A stretch of 32,000 bases of DNA from Geobacter sulfurreducens PCA. GTDB lineage: Bacteria; Desulfobacterota; Desulfuromonadia; Geobacterales; Geobacteraceae. Shown here in pieces: positions 15,913 to 25,034 of the stretch. The DNA lies in the NCBI RefSeq assembly GCF_000007985.2, contig NC_002939.5, forward strand, positions 1,140,001 to 1,172,000, read 5' to 3'. The notes below the pieces were generated by a model that worked only from the letters and a program-made list of their open reading frames with translations, did not search any database and was not told the origin of the DNA. The position numbers and the translations under genes are program-made. How positions within the stretch are numbered: position 1 is the stretch's first letter; the number at the start of each line of letters is the position of its first letter.

Positions 15913-17889
15913 TTAGTGGTCCACCGCTTTGGCGATGCCAATGCCGGTGTTCTGGCGGACGTACAGTTCGTCGAACATTTCCTCGGAACGCCGGCTCGGG
16001 AAAGCCAGAGCAGCAATGACCGCGGCGATGAAGCCCAGCGGGATGGACACTACGCCTGGATTCTTCAACGCGAAGAGGGGCTTGTCGAGACCGAGGAACG
16101 ATTTGCCGTCCTTGTTCTTTTCGTAGTCGGCCTTGGCTTTGCCCAGATCCTTCATTTCCTTCTCGGTAAGAACCGCACCACCGGCCTGTTTCTCCTCCAG
16201 CTTGACCACCACTTTCTGTGCGTCTTCAGCCACTTTCTTCGGATAGGTCATGTTGGGGGAGACCATCACCAGCGCGATGGAGACGACGGTGCCGGTCACC
16301 AGTCCCGCGATGACGCCGGCGGTGTTGAACTTCTTCCAGAAGAGGGAGAGTACGACGACCGGCAGGTTGCCCGAGGCGGCAACGGCGAAGGCCAGGGCCA
16401 CCAAGTGGGCAACGTTCTGCTTCTCGGCCGCGATGCCGATGGCGATGCCGCAGGCACCGACCACGAAGGAGGTGATCCGGGCAGCTTTAACCTGCTCGTG
16501 CTGGTCGGCGTGGCCCCCCTTGATGACGTTTACGTAGATGTCGTGGGCAATGGCGGCGGAAGCGGCCAGAACCAGACCCGAAACCACGGCCAGGATAGTG
16601 GCGAAGGCAACGGCGCACAGGAACGCCAGGAGCAGGTCACCCAGGAAGGGGTGGATGTCGCCGCCCAGTTGCTGGGCCAGCATCATGGCAGCCATGTTGC
16701 CACCCTTGTCCACATTCATGATGGATTGCGGGGTCACGTGGATGGCGGCGCCGAAGCCGAGAAGCGTGGTCAGGATGTAGAAGGAGCCGATGATGAACAT
16801 GGCGATGATGACCGACTTGCGGGCGGCCTGGGCCGTGGGCACGGTGAAGAAGCGCATCAGGATGTGAGGCATGCCGGCGGTGCCAAGCACCAGTGCCATG
16901 CCGAGAGAGATCTGGTCGAGCGGGTTCTTCAGGAAGAGGCCCGGCTCAAGGAAGCGCTGCCCGTAATCGAAGCCCGCCACGGCAACGGGGTCCTTGAGAA
17001 CCACCTTTTGGACGTGCTCGATGATGTTGGGGCTGGTAGCGATGTCGTTGAAGAACTGGAACGGGCTCATTCCCGACTTGAGGCCTACCAGGACGGAGAG
17101 CAGCGCAGCGCCGGACATGAGAAGGCCGGCCTTGATGATCTGGACCCAGGTGGTGGCGGTCATGCCGCCGAACACGACGTAGCCGACCATGAGGATGCCG
17201 ACGCCGATGACAGCGGTCTTGTAGGGGATGCCGAGCAGCAACTGCATCAGCTTGCCGGCACCGACCATCTGCGCGGTTAGGTAGAAGGTGGAGACAGCGA
17301 CGGTCGAGATGGCCGCGGCAGCCCGAACCGACTTGGGTTCGGTGCGGAAGGAGAGGATGTCGCCCAGGGTGAATTTACCGGCGTTACGGCAGGGTTCGGC
17401 CACGATCAGGAGCACCGTGATGTAGGCCACGAGCCAACCCACCGAGTACATGAACCCGTCATAGCCATAGAGGGAGATGATCCCGGAAATCCCCAGGAAG
17501 GAGGCGGCGGACATGTAGTCGCCCGCGATGGCCCAACCGTTCTGGGTGCCGGTGATGCCGCCGCCGGCGGTGTAGAAGTCGGCGGCCGACTTGGTCTGCT
17601 TGGCGGACCAGACGACAACCATCATGGTGGCACCGATGATGGCCAAGAAGATGGGGATGGTGACCATCGGGTTGGCCTTCAGTTCGTGCTTCTTCTCGGA
17701 CGGTGCTGCCGGCACGGCGGCCTTTTCGGTAACGGGCGCGGCCGGGGTCGGGGCCGCAGCCTGGACAGGGGCCGCGACGGCCTGCTCCTGGGGCGCGGCC
17801 GGTACTTTGACCGGCTCGCTGGCCCAAGCGAATGTGCCCAGCGACAGGGCAAGGGAAAACGCTGCAATGAGTCTCTTCATCGGGTTCAT
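15913..17889 (-). CDS. actP: cation/acetate symporter ActP family (SSF), paralog 1
   Basis: 658 aa. Solute:sodium symporter motifs (DFYTAGGGITGTQNGWAIAGDYMSAASFLG). Signal-like N-terminus. Preceded by a DUF485 gene, as in yjcH-actP. Confidence 0.93.
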   Translation of the reverse strand: MNPMKRLIAAFSLALSLGTFAWASEPVKVPAAPQEQAVAAPVQAAAPTPAAPVTEKAAVPAAPSEKKHELKANPMVTIPIFLAIIGATMMVVVWSAKQTKSAADFYTAGGGITGTQNGWAIAGDYMSAASFLGISGIISLYGYDGFMYSVGWLVAYITVLLIVAEPCRNAGKFTLGDILSFRTEPKSVRAAAAISTVAVSTFYLTAQMVGAGKLMQLLLGIPYKTAVIGVGILMVGYVVFGGMTATTWVQIIKAGLLMSGAALLSVLVGLKSGMSPFQFFNDIATSPNIIEHVQKVVLKDPVAVAGFDYGQRFLEPGLFLKNPLDQISLGMALVLGTAGMPHILMRFFTVPTAQAARKSVIIAMFIIGSFYILTTLLGFGAAIHVTPQSIMNVDKGGNMAAMMLAQQLGGDIHPFLGDLLLAFLCAVAFATILAVVSGLVLAASAAIAHDIYVNVIKGGHADQHEQVKAARITSFVVGACGIAIGIAAEKQNVAHLVALAFAVAASGNLPVVVLSLFWKKFNTAGVIAGLVTGTVVSIALVMVSPNMTYPKKVAEDAQKVVVKLEEKQAGGAVLTEKEMKDLGKAKADYEKNKDGKSFLGLDKPLFALKNPGVVSIPLGFIAAVIAALAFPSRRSEEMFDELYVRQNTGIGIAKAVDH

Positions 17890-17895
17890 TCCTCC

Positions 17896-18204
17896 TTACT
17901 TCAGCTCATCCACCAGCTCGCGGGTGAGCCGGTCGAAGTCTTTGTTGGCCACATGGGCGTAGTACATGGCGATCCCCCAGGAGACGAAGAACTGGGAAAG
18001 GGCGAACAGGTAGCCGAAGTTGATCCTTCCCAGGATCTTGATTTTGAAGAGGCCGGGGGCATAGGCTGCGCCGATGGGGAGGAGGAAATAGAAAACGGTC
18101 GAAAAGACCCACCAGCCAACAAGGAAGGTGGTCTTCTTCCGGTGGAGCTCGATGAACTTGGGGTTCTTCGCAATGGCGCTCCAGTTATACTGCTTTTCTG
18201 CCAT
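17896..18204 (-). CDS. yjcH: DUF485 (YjcH-like) small inner-membrane protein, copy 1
   Basis: 102 aa with two TM helices, located 6 nt upstream of actP. SD aaaggag. Confidence 0.85.
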   Translation of the reverse strand: MAEKQYNWSAIAKNPKFIELHRKKTTFLVGWWVFSTVFYFLLPIGAAYAPGLFKIKILGRINFGYLFALSQFFVSWGIAMYYAHVANKDFDRLTRELVDELK

Positions 18205-18747
18205 GGTTCAGTTACTCCTTTCATGTGTGGTAAGCGCATCGAGAGCGGCGTCCCGCCCTGAGCCGAAGCGCTTGTGATGTCCTCGGTTTCGGTTTGCTGT
18301 CCTCCTTTCATAATGGGCATGCGGGTATGAGCCGGTTGTTTCTTGCCGCTTGAGCAGGGCTCCGGCAAAGGGACCGGTGGGCTGTAAATGGCAATGTTGC
18401 CGGGGGGCTACAACTGGTGTGCTGCCGGAAAGATGGTGTAAACACTCTGGAAAAACGATATTTTACAATCCTGTATCGCGCCATTAATATAACGGCTGTA
18501 TATTTTTTTGCAACAGTTTTTTGTATGACCTTGAATTGTGATGTAACATGCTGAAATTAAACTAGTAAATGCATATGTTTGGCAAACAGTTTGTTTATTT
18601 TGCGGTGTATTGTCGGTAGGGCGCTTGTGCCAAGAGGGGTAATGTTTGTTTTGAAATGAATTAATGCGTGTTGGATGAGAGGAATTTGCTAATGGCATTT
18701 TACGAAGAAGAGTGGGTAGATTTCAAACGAGGGTATGAAACAGAATG

Positions 18748-18775
18748 AAAAAAGGGGGAAGGTTTCCCTTCCCCC
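18748..18775 (-). terminator. intrinsic terminator of actP copy 2
   Basis: Minus strand reads gggggaagg-gaaa-ccttccccc followed by tttttt. Same stem as the copy-1 terminator. Confidence 0.8.
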
Positions 18776-18811
18776 TGGACTGCGGGTTTGCTGCGATGAA
18801 CGGCGATTCGT

Positions 18812-20785
18812 CTAGTGATCGATGGCCTTGGCCATGCCGATGCCGGTGTTCTGGCGGACGTAGATCTCGTCGAACATTTCCTCGGAACGCCGGCTCGGGA
18901 AGGCCAGGCAGCCGATGATGGCGGCGAGGAAGCCCAGCGGGATCGAGATGATGCCCGGGTTCTTAAGTTTGATCAGCGGCTTGTCAAGGCCCAGCATGGA
19001 CTTGCCGTCCTTGTTCTTGGCGTAGTCGGCCTTTGCCTTGTCAAGGTCCTTCATTTCCTTTTCGGTGAGGACCGCACCACCGGCCTGTTTCTCTTCAAGC
19101 TTCGTGACGACTTTTTGGGCGTCGGCGGCAACGACCTTCGGATAGGTCATGTTGGGGGAGACCATCACCAGTGCGATGGAGGCGACGGTGCCGACCACGA
19201 GGCCCGACACGACGCCGGCGGTATTGAACTTCCGCCAGAAGAGGGACATGACTACGACCGGCAGGTTGCCCGAGGAGGCAACGGCGAAGGCCAGGGCCAC
19301 CAGGTGGGCGACGTTCTGCTTCTCGGCGGCGATGCCGATGATGATGCCCATGGCGCCGACGCACAGGGAGGTGATCCGGGCGGCCATGACCTGCTCGTGC
19401 TGGTCGGCGTGGCCGTCCTTGATGACGTTTACGTAGATGTCGTGGGCAATGGCGGCGGAAGCGGCCAGAACGAGACCCGACACGACGGCGAGGATGGTGG
19501 CGAAGGCAACGGCGCACAGGAACGCCAGGAGCAGGTCGCCCAGGAAGGGGGAGATGTCGCCGCCCAGTTGCTGGGCCAGCATCATGGCGGCCATGTTCCC
19601 GCCCTTGTCAACGGCGGTGATCCCTTGCGGGGTCACGTGGATGGCGGCGCCGAAGCCGAGAAGCGTGGTCAGGATGTAGAAGGAGCCAATGATGAACATG
19701 GCCACGATAACGGACTTGCGGGCGGCCTGGGCCGTGGGCACGGTGAAGAAGCGCATCAGGATGTGGGGCATGCCGGCGGTTCCGAGCACCAGTGCCATGC
19801 CGAGGGAGATCTGGTCGAGCGGGTTCTTCAGGAAGAGGCCCGGCTCAAGGAAGCGCTGCCCGTAATCGAAGCCCGCCACGGCAACGGGGTCCTTGAGAAC
19901 GGCCTTCTGGACGTGCTCGATGATGTTGGGGTTAGTGGCGATGTCGTTGAAGAAGGTGAACGGGTTCATGCCGGCCTTGAGGCCGACCAGGACGGAGAGG
20001 AGGCCCGCACCGGTCATGAGGAGGCCGGCCTTGATGATCTGAACCCAGGTGGTGGCGGTCATGCCGCCGAACACGACGTAGCCGACCATGAGGATGCCGA
20101 CGCCGATGATGGCGAACTTGTAGGGAATCCCGAGCAACAGCTGCATCAGCTTGCCGGCACCGACCATCTGAGCGGTCAGGTAGAAGGTGGAGACGGCAAC
20201 GACGGAGATGGCGCAAACGGCCCGGACGACCTTGGGCTCGGTGCGGAAGGAGAGGATGTCGCCCAGGGTGTACTTGCCCGCGTTGCGGCAGGGCTCTGCC
20301 ACGATCAGGAGCACCGTGATGTAGGCCACGAGCCAACCCACCGAGTACATGAACCCGTCATAGCCGTAGAGGGAGATCATGCCCGAAATCCCCAGGAAGG
20401 AGGCGGCGGACATGTAGTCGCCCGCGATGGCCCAACCGTTCTGGGTGCCGGTGATGCCGCCGCCGGCGGTGTAGAAGTCGGCGGCCGACTTGGTCCGCTT
20501 GGCCGACCAGACGACAACGGCCATGGTGGCGCCGATGATGATCAGGAAGATGGGGATGGTGACCATCGGGTTGGCCTTGATGCTCGTCTTCTTCTCGGCC
20601 GGCGCTGCCGGGGCCGGGGTGGCCACCTTGGCGGCGTCGGTGGCGGCCGCCGGAGTAGTGGCTGCCGGTGCAGTCGCGGCCGTCGGGGCGCCGGGGGCGG
20701 CCGGGGCCTTGGCCGGCTCTTCAGCGAAGGCGAACGAGCCCAGGGAGAGGGCCAGGGTGATACCAGCAATCAGTTTTTTCATCAC
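18812..20785 (-). CDS. actP: cation/acetate symporter ActP family, paralog 2
   Basis: 657 aa, collinear with paralog 1. Confidence 0.93.
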   Translation of the reverse strand: MMKKLIAGITLALSLGSFAFAEEPAKAPAAPGAPTAATAPAATTPAAATDAAKVATPAPAAPAEKKTSIKANPMVTIPIFLIIIGATMAVVVWSAKRTKSAADFYTAGGGITGTQNGWAIAGDYMSAASFLGISGMISLYGYDGFMYSVGWLVAYITVLLIVAEPCRNAGKYTLGDILSFRTEPKVVRAVCAISVVAVSTFYLTAQMVGAGKLMQLLLGIPYKFAIIGVGILMVGYVVFGGMTATTWVQIIKAGLLMTGAGLLSVLVGLKAGMNPFTFFNDIATNPNIIEHVQKAVLKDPVAVAGFDYGQRFLEPGLFLKNPLDQISLGMALVLGTAGMPHILMRFFTVPTAQAARKSVIVAMFIIGSFYILTTLLGFGAAIHVTPQGITAVDKGGNMAAMMLAQQLGGDISPFLGDLLLAFLCAVAFATILAVVSGLVLAASAAIAHDIYVNVIKDGHADQHEQVMAARITSLCVGAMGIIIGIAAEKQNVAHLVALAFAVASSGNLPVVVMSLFWRKFNTAGVVSGLVVGTVASIALVMVSPNMTYPKVVAADAQKVVTKLEEKQAGGAVLTEKEMKDLDKAKADYAKNKDGKSMLGLDKPLIKLKNPGIISIPLGFLAAIIGCLAFPSRRSEEMFDEIYVRQNTGIGMAKAIDH

Positions 20786-20796
20786 AGACCTCCTTC

Positions 20797-21105
20797 CTAT
20801 TTGAGCTCATCCACCAGCTCACGGGTGAGCCGGTCGAAGTCTTTGTTGGCCACATGGGCGTAGTACATGGCGATCCCCCAGGAGACGAAGAACTGGGAGA
20901 GGGCGAACAGGTAGCCGAAGTTGATGTTGCTGAGAATCTTGATCTTGAAGAGTCCCGGTGCATAGGCCGCACCGATGGGGAGGAGGAAGTAGTAGACGGT
21001 CGAGAACACCCACCAGCCGACCAGGAATGTGGTCTTCTTCCGGTGGAGCTCGACGAACTTGGGGTTCTTGGCTATTGACGCCCAATCGTACTGTTTTTCT
21101 GCCAT
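20797..21105 (-). CDS. yjcH: DUF485 (YjcH-like) small inner-membrane protein, copy 2
   Basis: 102 aa. The C-terminal 43 residues are identical to copy 1. Confidence 0.85.
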   Translation of the reverse strand: MAEKQYDWASIAKNPKFVELHRKKTTFLVGWWVFSTVYYFLLPIGAAYAPGLFKIKILSNINFGYLFALSQFFVSWGIAMYYAHVANKDFDRLTRELVDELK

Positions 21106-21233
21106 GGTTCGTTACTCCTTTCTTCGTGAATTCGCATTCCCAGGGAGCAGCGTCCCGCTCCCGTTGCCTTTCGTTGCAATCCTCTACGTCTCCTCCCCCC
21201 TTTCGCACATGGTTTTTTCTGGCAGTTCTCCGG

Positions 21234-22004
21234 TCACAGCTTTGCGTAGCCAAACTTCATGGAGAGTATTTCAGCCCCTTCACGCAGTGAAGGGATAATC
21301 TCGTTTTCCATGCGGGATGCCATCATCCGGAAGGAGGGCCCCAGCATGGTCAAGGCGCCGATGACTTTGCCCGCGTAGTCGCGCACCGCCACGGCAACGC
21401 TCACGATCCCTTCCCCCAATCCGTCGAAATCAACGGCAACGCCATGCTCCCGCACGGCCTTCAACTCCTGCTGGAGTGCCGCAGGGTCAAACGGTCCGCC
21501 GTTCCGACCCCGCTTCTTGAGGAAGCGGTCCAGCAGGTCGGTCGACTCCAGTGCCCGGATGGCTTTGCCGGCGGCGTTGCTGAAAAAGGGGAAACGCCGT
21601 CCCACCAGGGGGGCGGTCTTGATGGCCTGCTCACAGTCCACCATATCCAGGAAAAGAACCTCGTCCCCCTTGAGAACCGCGATGTAGACGGCCTCGTCAT
21701 GCTTGCGCGCCAGTCTTTCCATGATTGGGTGGGCATGACGGATGAGGCTGGTGCTGTTCAGAAGCCGCTGGGCCAGCTCGACCGATGAAATGCCCAGGCG
21801 ATAGACGCCGCTCGTCTCGTCCCGTTCAACCAGTCCCTTGCTCTCCAGGGTTGCCAGGAGCCGGAATGCCTTGTTGCGGGACAGGTCGAGCTTCTCGGCC
21901 AGATAGGGAAGGGTCGCGTGACGGCTCTCGTCCGTGAGCGTTTCGAGGATATCGAGGGCCTTTTCAACGGTCTGTACCGCGTATGAGCTTTTTTCCCTCG
22001 TCAT
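21234..22004 (-). CDS. IclR-family transcriptional regulator
   Basis: 256 aa. N-terminal wHTH (VEKALDILETL...LAEKLDLSRNKAFRLLATLESKGLVERD) plus a C-terminal IclR effector domain. Confidence 0.9.
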   Translation of the reverse strand: MTREKSSYAVQTVEKALDILETLTDESRHATLPYLAEKLDLSRNKAFRLLATLESKGLVERDETSGVYRLGISSVELAQRLLNSTSLIRHAHPIMERLARKHDEAVYIAVLKGDEVLFLDMVDCEQAIKTAPLVGRRFPFFSNAAGKAIRALESTDLLDRFLKKRGRNGGPFDPAALQQELKAVREHGVAVDFDGLGEGIVSVAVAVRDYAGKVIGALTMLGPSFRMMASRMENEIIPSLREGAEILSMKFGYAKL

Positions 22005-22532
22005 CGTTCCCTTTCCTGTCGCAATGTGGTGGTCGGGGTTGTTTGAAAAACGGTGTTATATTTTTATTGAAAAGCTAACACGGTGTTTTAATTTCGTCAA
22101 TACAATTTTGTTTTAAAAAGTTTATCTAAAAAATATATAAGTAAAGTTAGTATGTTGAATGATAATTGTGGCGAAAAATTGAACTGAATAAACGTTCTGT
22201 TGATAAGTAGAACATGGTTTATTGAAAAATCAAGTAAAGAAAATGCGAGAGGGTGAGCTGTGAGGGTATGTAATTTTTGAGACGTGGTTGCGAACGGGGT
22301 TCTCGGTAGGGTGGGTGACGGCCCGGTGAGATCCCGGGCCGTTGCGCTGACCGGGTTGAATAGGGTGCCGGCCAAGGGGGGGGCATCGCTTCCGGCGTGG
22401 CGCGAGTTGTTCTTCGCTCTATCAATTATTGAGGTGGCTTTCCGTGCCGGTGTTTCAGGCCGGTCGGCACCGCCGCGTCATCTGATCGCAAGCCCGGCCG
22501 CCGTGCTCTGTGACACGGGGCGTGGACGGATT

Positions 22533-22925
22533 TTACTGGAATTTGACGGCTGTTCCCTTTCCTTTTACGTAAATGACGGGAAAGATGATGTAGGTGTCTT
22601 TCTCGATGCGGACTTCGGGGAGGATAACGGCATCTGCGCCGATTTTGGATGCTTCGAGGCTCAGGGCGTCATGGGCCCACTCTTCAGCCTCCCGCTGAAG
22701 TTCCTCGATGCTGCCGTAACGCTTGAGGTTCACTTCTACGGTGCCGATCTTTACGTAGGGACGAAAAATCTCGTCCTGGGCCAGGATGGGGGGCAGGTCA
22801 CGGTCTGTTTCATCGGCCATCTGGGGGATGGTGGCGCATGCGGCGAGTAGTGCCGCTGCCGTGCCAGCCAGGAGAACGCGTCGTACAAGGCGGACGAGAG
22901 GGGCAAGGAGAGTAGTGGTTGGCAT
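22533..22925 (-). CDS. small lipoprotein of unknown function
   Basis: 130 aa with signal peptide and lipobox LLAAC. Confidence 0.65.
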   Translation of the reverse strand: MPTTTLLAPLVRLVRRVLLAGTAAALLAACATIPQMADETDRDLPPILAQDEIFRPYVKIGTVEVNLKRYGSIEELQREAEEWAHDALSLEASKIGADAVILPEVRIEKDTYIIFPVIYVKGKGTAVKFQ

Positions 22926-23083
22926 GCGATACCTCGTTGTGAATGGTGGGATTCCGGCGTCCGTGGCGGTGCCGGCACCGCTATTTTACATGAAGTTTGG
23001 GCCTTTACAACCCGGAATTTCCCATGATAGTATCACCCGATTTGAGGCCGGTGGCTGATTTTGGGAACAGGAGGATCAACCGC

Positions 23084-23827
23084 ATGTCGGGACATAATAA
23101 ATGGAGCACCATCAGGCATAAGAAGGGGGCGGCCGACGCCAAGCGCGGCAAGGTGTTCACCAAGCTGATCAAGGAGATCACCGTTGCCGCCAAGATCGGC
23201 GGTGGCGACCCGAACGGCAATCCGCGCCTGCGTGCCGCCGTCGACAAGGCCAAAGCCGAGAACATGCCCAAGGACAACATCGAGCGGGCCATCAAGAAGG
23301 GGACTGGCGAACTCGAGGGGGTCAGCTACGAAGAGATCATCTACGAAGGATACGGTCCCGGCGGCGTGGCGGTGCTGGTAGAGTGCATGACCGACAACCG
23401 TAACCGTACGGTCGGCGAGGTGCGGAGCACCTTCACCAAGTGCAACGGCAACATGGGCGAGGCGGGGTGCGTTTCGTGGATGTTCGACAAGAAAGGGCTC
23501 ATTGTCCTGTCCAAGGACGTTGATTTCGAAAAGCTCTTCGAGACGGCCCTTGAGGCCGGCGCGGACGACGTGGCGGACGAAGAGGAGCAGTACGAGGTGC
23601 TCACCGACCCGGCAGCGTTCATTGACGTGCGCGAGGCACTCGAAAAGGCCGGCTTCCCCTTCGAATCCGCCGAAATCACCATGATTCCCCAGACCATGGT
23701 GAAACTTGACGGCAAGAATGCCGAGAACATGCTCAAGCTCATGGACCGCCTCGAGGACAACGACGACGTCCAGAACGTCTACGCCAACTTCGACATCTCC
23801 ACGGAGGAGATGGAAAAGCTCATGTAG
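23084..23827 (+). CDS. yebC: YebC/PmpR-family transcriptional regulator
   Basis: [28 protein letters not shown] is the canonical start. SD aggagga. 247 aa. Confidence 0.95.
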   Translation: MSGHNKWSTIRHKKGAADAKRGKVFTKLIKEITVAAKIGGGDPNGNPRLRAAVDKAKAENMPKDNIERAIKKGTGELEGVSYEEIIYEGYGPGGVAVLVECMTDNRNRTVGEVRSTFTKCNGNMGEAGCVSWMFDKKGLIVLSKDVDFEKLFETALEAGADDVADEEEQYEVLTDPAAFIDVREALEKAGFPFESAEITMIPQTMVKLDGKNAENMLKLMDRLEDNDDVQNVYANFDISTEEMEKLM

Positions 23828-23856
23828 GCGGGCCCTGCCACCCCCGGTTGGTTCAA

Positions 23857-23899
23857 GCGCGGAAGTCGGAAGCCGGGTCTTTCCTTTCGCGCCTTTTTT
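23857..23899 (+). terminator. possible terminator/attenuator hairpin between yebC and ruvC
   Basis: gcgcggaag ... ctttcgcgc (one mismatch) followed by tttttt. Confidence 0.4.
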
Positions 23900-23940
23900 C
23901 TGCTGTGCTCTCCGCGCCCTCTGTGGCAGAATGTCTCCCC

Positions 23941-24435
23941 ATGAGAGTTCTCGGCATCGACCCCGGTTCACGCATCACCGGCTACGGCATTATCGAGAAG
24001 ATCGGCAACCGTCTCGTGCACGTGGACAACGGCGCCATTCATACCGATAGCCACAGGGAGTTCGCGCTCCGACTCCACAAAATCTACGAGGGGCTGAGCC
24101 GCGTCATCGAAGAGTACCGCCCTGATGCGATGGCTGTAGAGCAGGTGTTCCTCGCCCATAACGCCCAGAGCGCCCTGAAGCTGGGCCAGGCCCGCGGGGC
24201 TGCCATCGTGGCCGGAGTAAGCGCGGGATTGCCGGTCAGCGAGTATACGGCCATGCAGGTAAAGCAGGCGGTGGTCGGCTATGGCCACGCCCGCAAGGAG
24301 CAGGTGCAGCAGATGGTCAAATCGCTCCTCAATCTCCCCGAGATCGCCCAGGCCGATGCCTCCGATGCCTTGGCCGTAGCGGTCTGCCACGCCAATTCAG
24401 CAGTGATGAAATCCGTGCTCCGGAGCATCCGATGA
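23941..24435 (+). CDS. ruvC: crossover junction endodeoxyribonuclease RuvC
   Basis: [16 protein letters not shown] start and [12 protein letters not shown] motif. 164 aa. Confidence 0.95.
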   Translation: MRVLGIDPGSRITGYGIIEKIGNRLVHVDNGAIHTDSHREFALRLHKIYEGLSRVIEEYRPDAMAVEQVFLAHNAQSALKLGQARGAAIVAGVSAGLPVSEYTAMQVKQAVVGYGHARKEQVQQMVKSLLNLPEIAQADASDALAVAVCHANSAVMKSVLRSIR

Positions 24436-25031
24436 TCGCCCTTCTCACCGGCAGGCTCGCCCATAAATCCCCCGATGCCATCATTATCGATGTGAACGGT
24501 GTCGGCTACCGGGTCCAGATTCCTTTCTCAACCTACTACGAGCTTCCCGAGGAGGGGAAGACAGTTTCCCTTTCGATACATACCCATGTGAAGGAAGACT
24601 CCATTAGCCTCTTCGGCTTCCGAACCCTTGCCGAGAAGGAGTTCTTTCAGCTGCTCATCTCGGTTTCCGGCATCGGCCCCAAGATGGCCCGCGACATCCT
24701 GTCCAACATCCAGCCGGAGGAACTGGCCGCCGCCATTGTGCAGGGGAATCTCGTGAGGCTCTCATCCATACCCGGCATCGGCAAAAAGACCGCCGAGCGG
24801 CTGGTGCTGGAACTCAAGGAAAAGGTCCGGAAAATGGATGTGGCGCCGTCGGCCCAGGAGGCGCCCTCCAGCGAAGCCCCCGCCGAGGTGGCTGACGACG
24901 TGGCCTCGGCCCTTGTGAACCTCGGCTATAAGGAGGCGGTGGTCCGGAAGGTGTTGGCCGAGATGAGCATCGAGCCCGATGCCTCCACGGAGGCGGTGCT
25001 TCGGCAGGCCCTCAAGGTGTTGATGAAATAG
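24432..25031 (+). CDS. ruvA: Holliday junction branch migration complex subunit RuvA
   Basis: MIALLTGRL start, HhH motifs ([17 protein letters not shown]). 4-nt overlap with ruvC. Confidence 0.95.
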   Translation: MIALLTGRLAHKSPDAIIIDVNGVGYRVQIPFSTYYELPEEGKTVSLSIHTHVKEDSISLFGFRTLAEKEFFQLLISVSGIGPKMARDILSNIQPEELAAAIVQGNLVRLSSIPGIGKKTAERLVLELKEKVRKMDVAPSAQEAPSSEAPAEVADDVASALVNLGYKEAVVRKVLAEMSIEPDASTEAVLRQALKVLMK

Positions 25032-25034
25032 CCC

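Larger units (their letters stand above)
15848..18260. repeat. tandem duplication unit, copy 1 (terminator, actP, DUF485 gene, about 55 nt of leader)
   Basis: Collinear with 18748-21160 at a constant offset of 2899-2901 nt. There are long identical runs, for example a 55-nt run around 16520 and 19420. Confidence 0.85.
18748..21160. repeat. tandem duplication unit, copy 2
   Basis: See copy 1. The DUF485 proteins differ at about 7 of 102 residues. The ActP proteins are roughly 85-90% identical by eye. Confidence 0.85.

Noticed and set aside
18580-18595. Plus-strand TGGCAA-acagt-TTGT, a sigma54-like element.
   Set aside because: The -12 element has GT instead of the invariant GC. It points toward the 3' end of the convergent actP copy 2, with no downstream gene. 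It overlaps the CAAACaGTTTG palindrome, which explains the resemblance.
18408-18698. 96-aa ORF in the AT-rich spacer between the two actP units.
   Set aside because: No SD. Odd composition (C/N/Q/K/I/T-rich) driven by AT richness. No motif. More plausibly promoter or leader DNA.
22386-22475. Possible second GEMM-I riboswitch on the minus strand (ACGGAAAGCC ... GCCGGAAGC).
   Set aside because: Only about 20 nt of core similarity. It lacks the CAAA-stem-GNRA-stem module, a convincing P2 and any terminator or SD platform. It also sits about 380 nt upstream of iclR, beyond the predicted promoter. Kept only as a note inside the non-coding-block finding.
22284-22850. 188-aa plus-strand ORF spanning the non-coding block and running antisense through the lipoprotein gene.
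   Set aside because: No SD and an Arg/Gly/Ala-rich N-terminus. Its second half is the antisense of a lipobox-bearing ORF, which is the better model.
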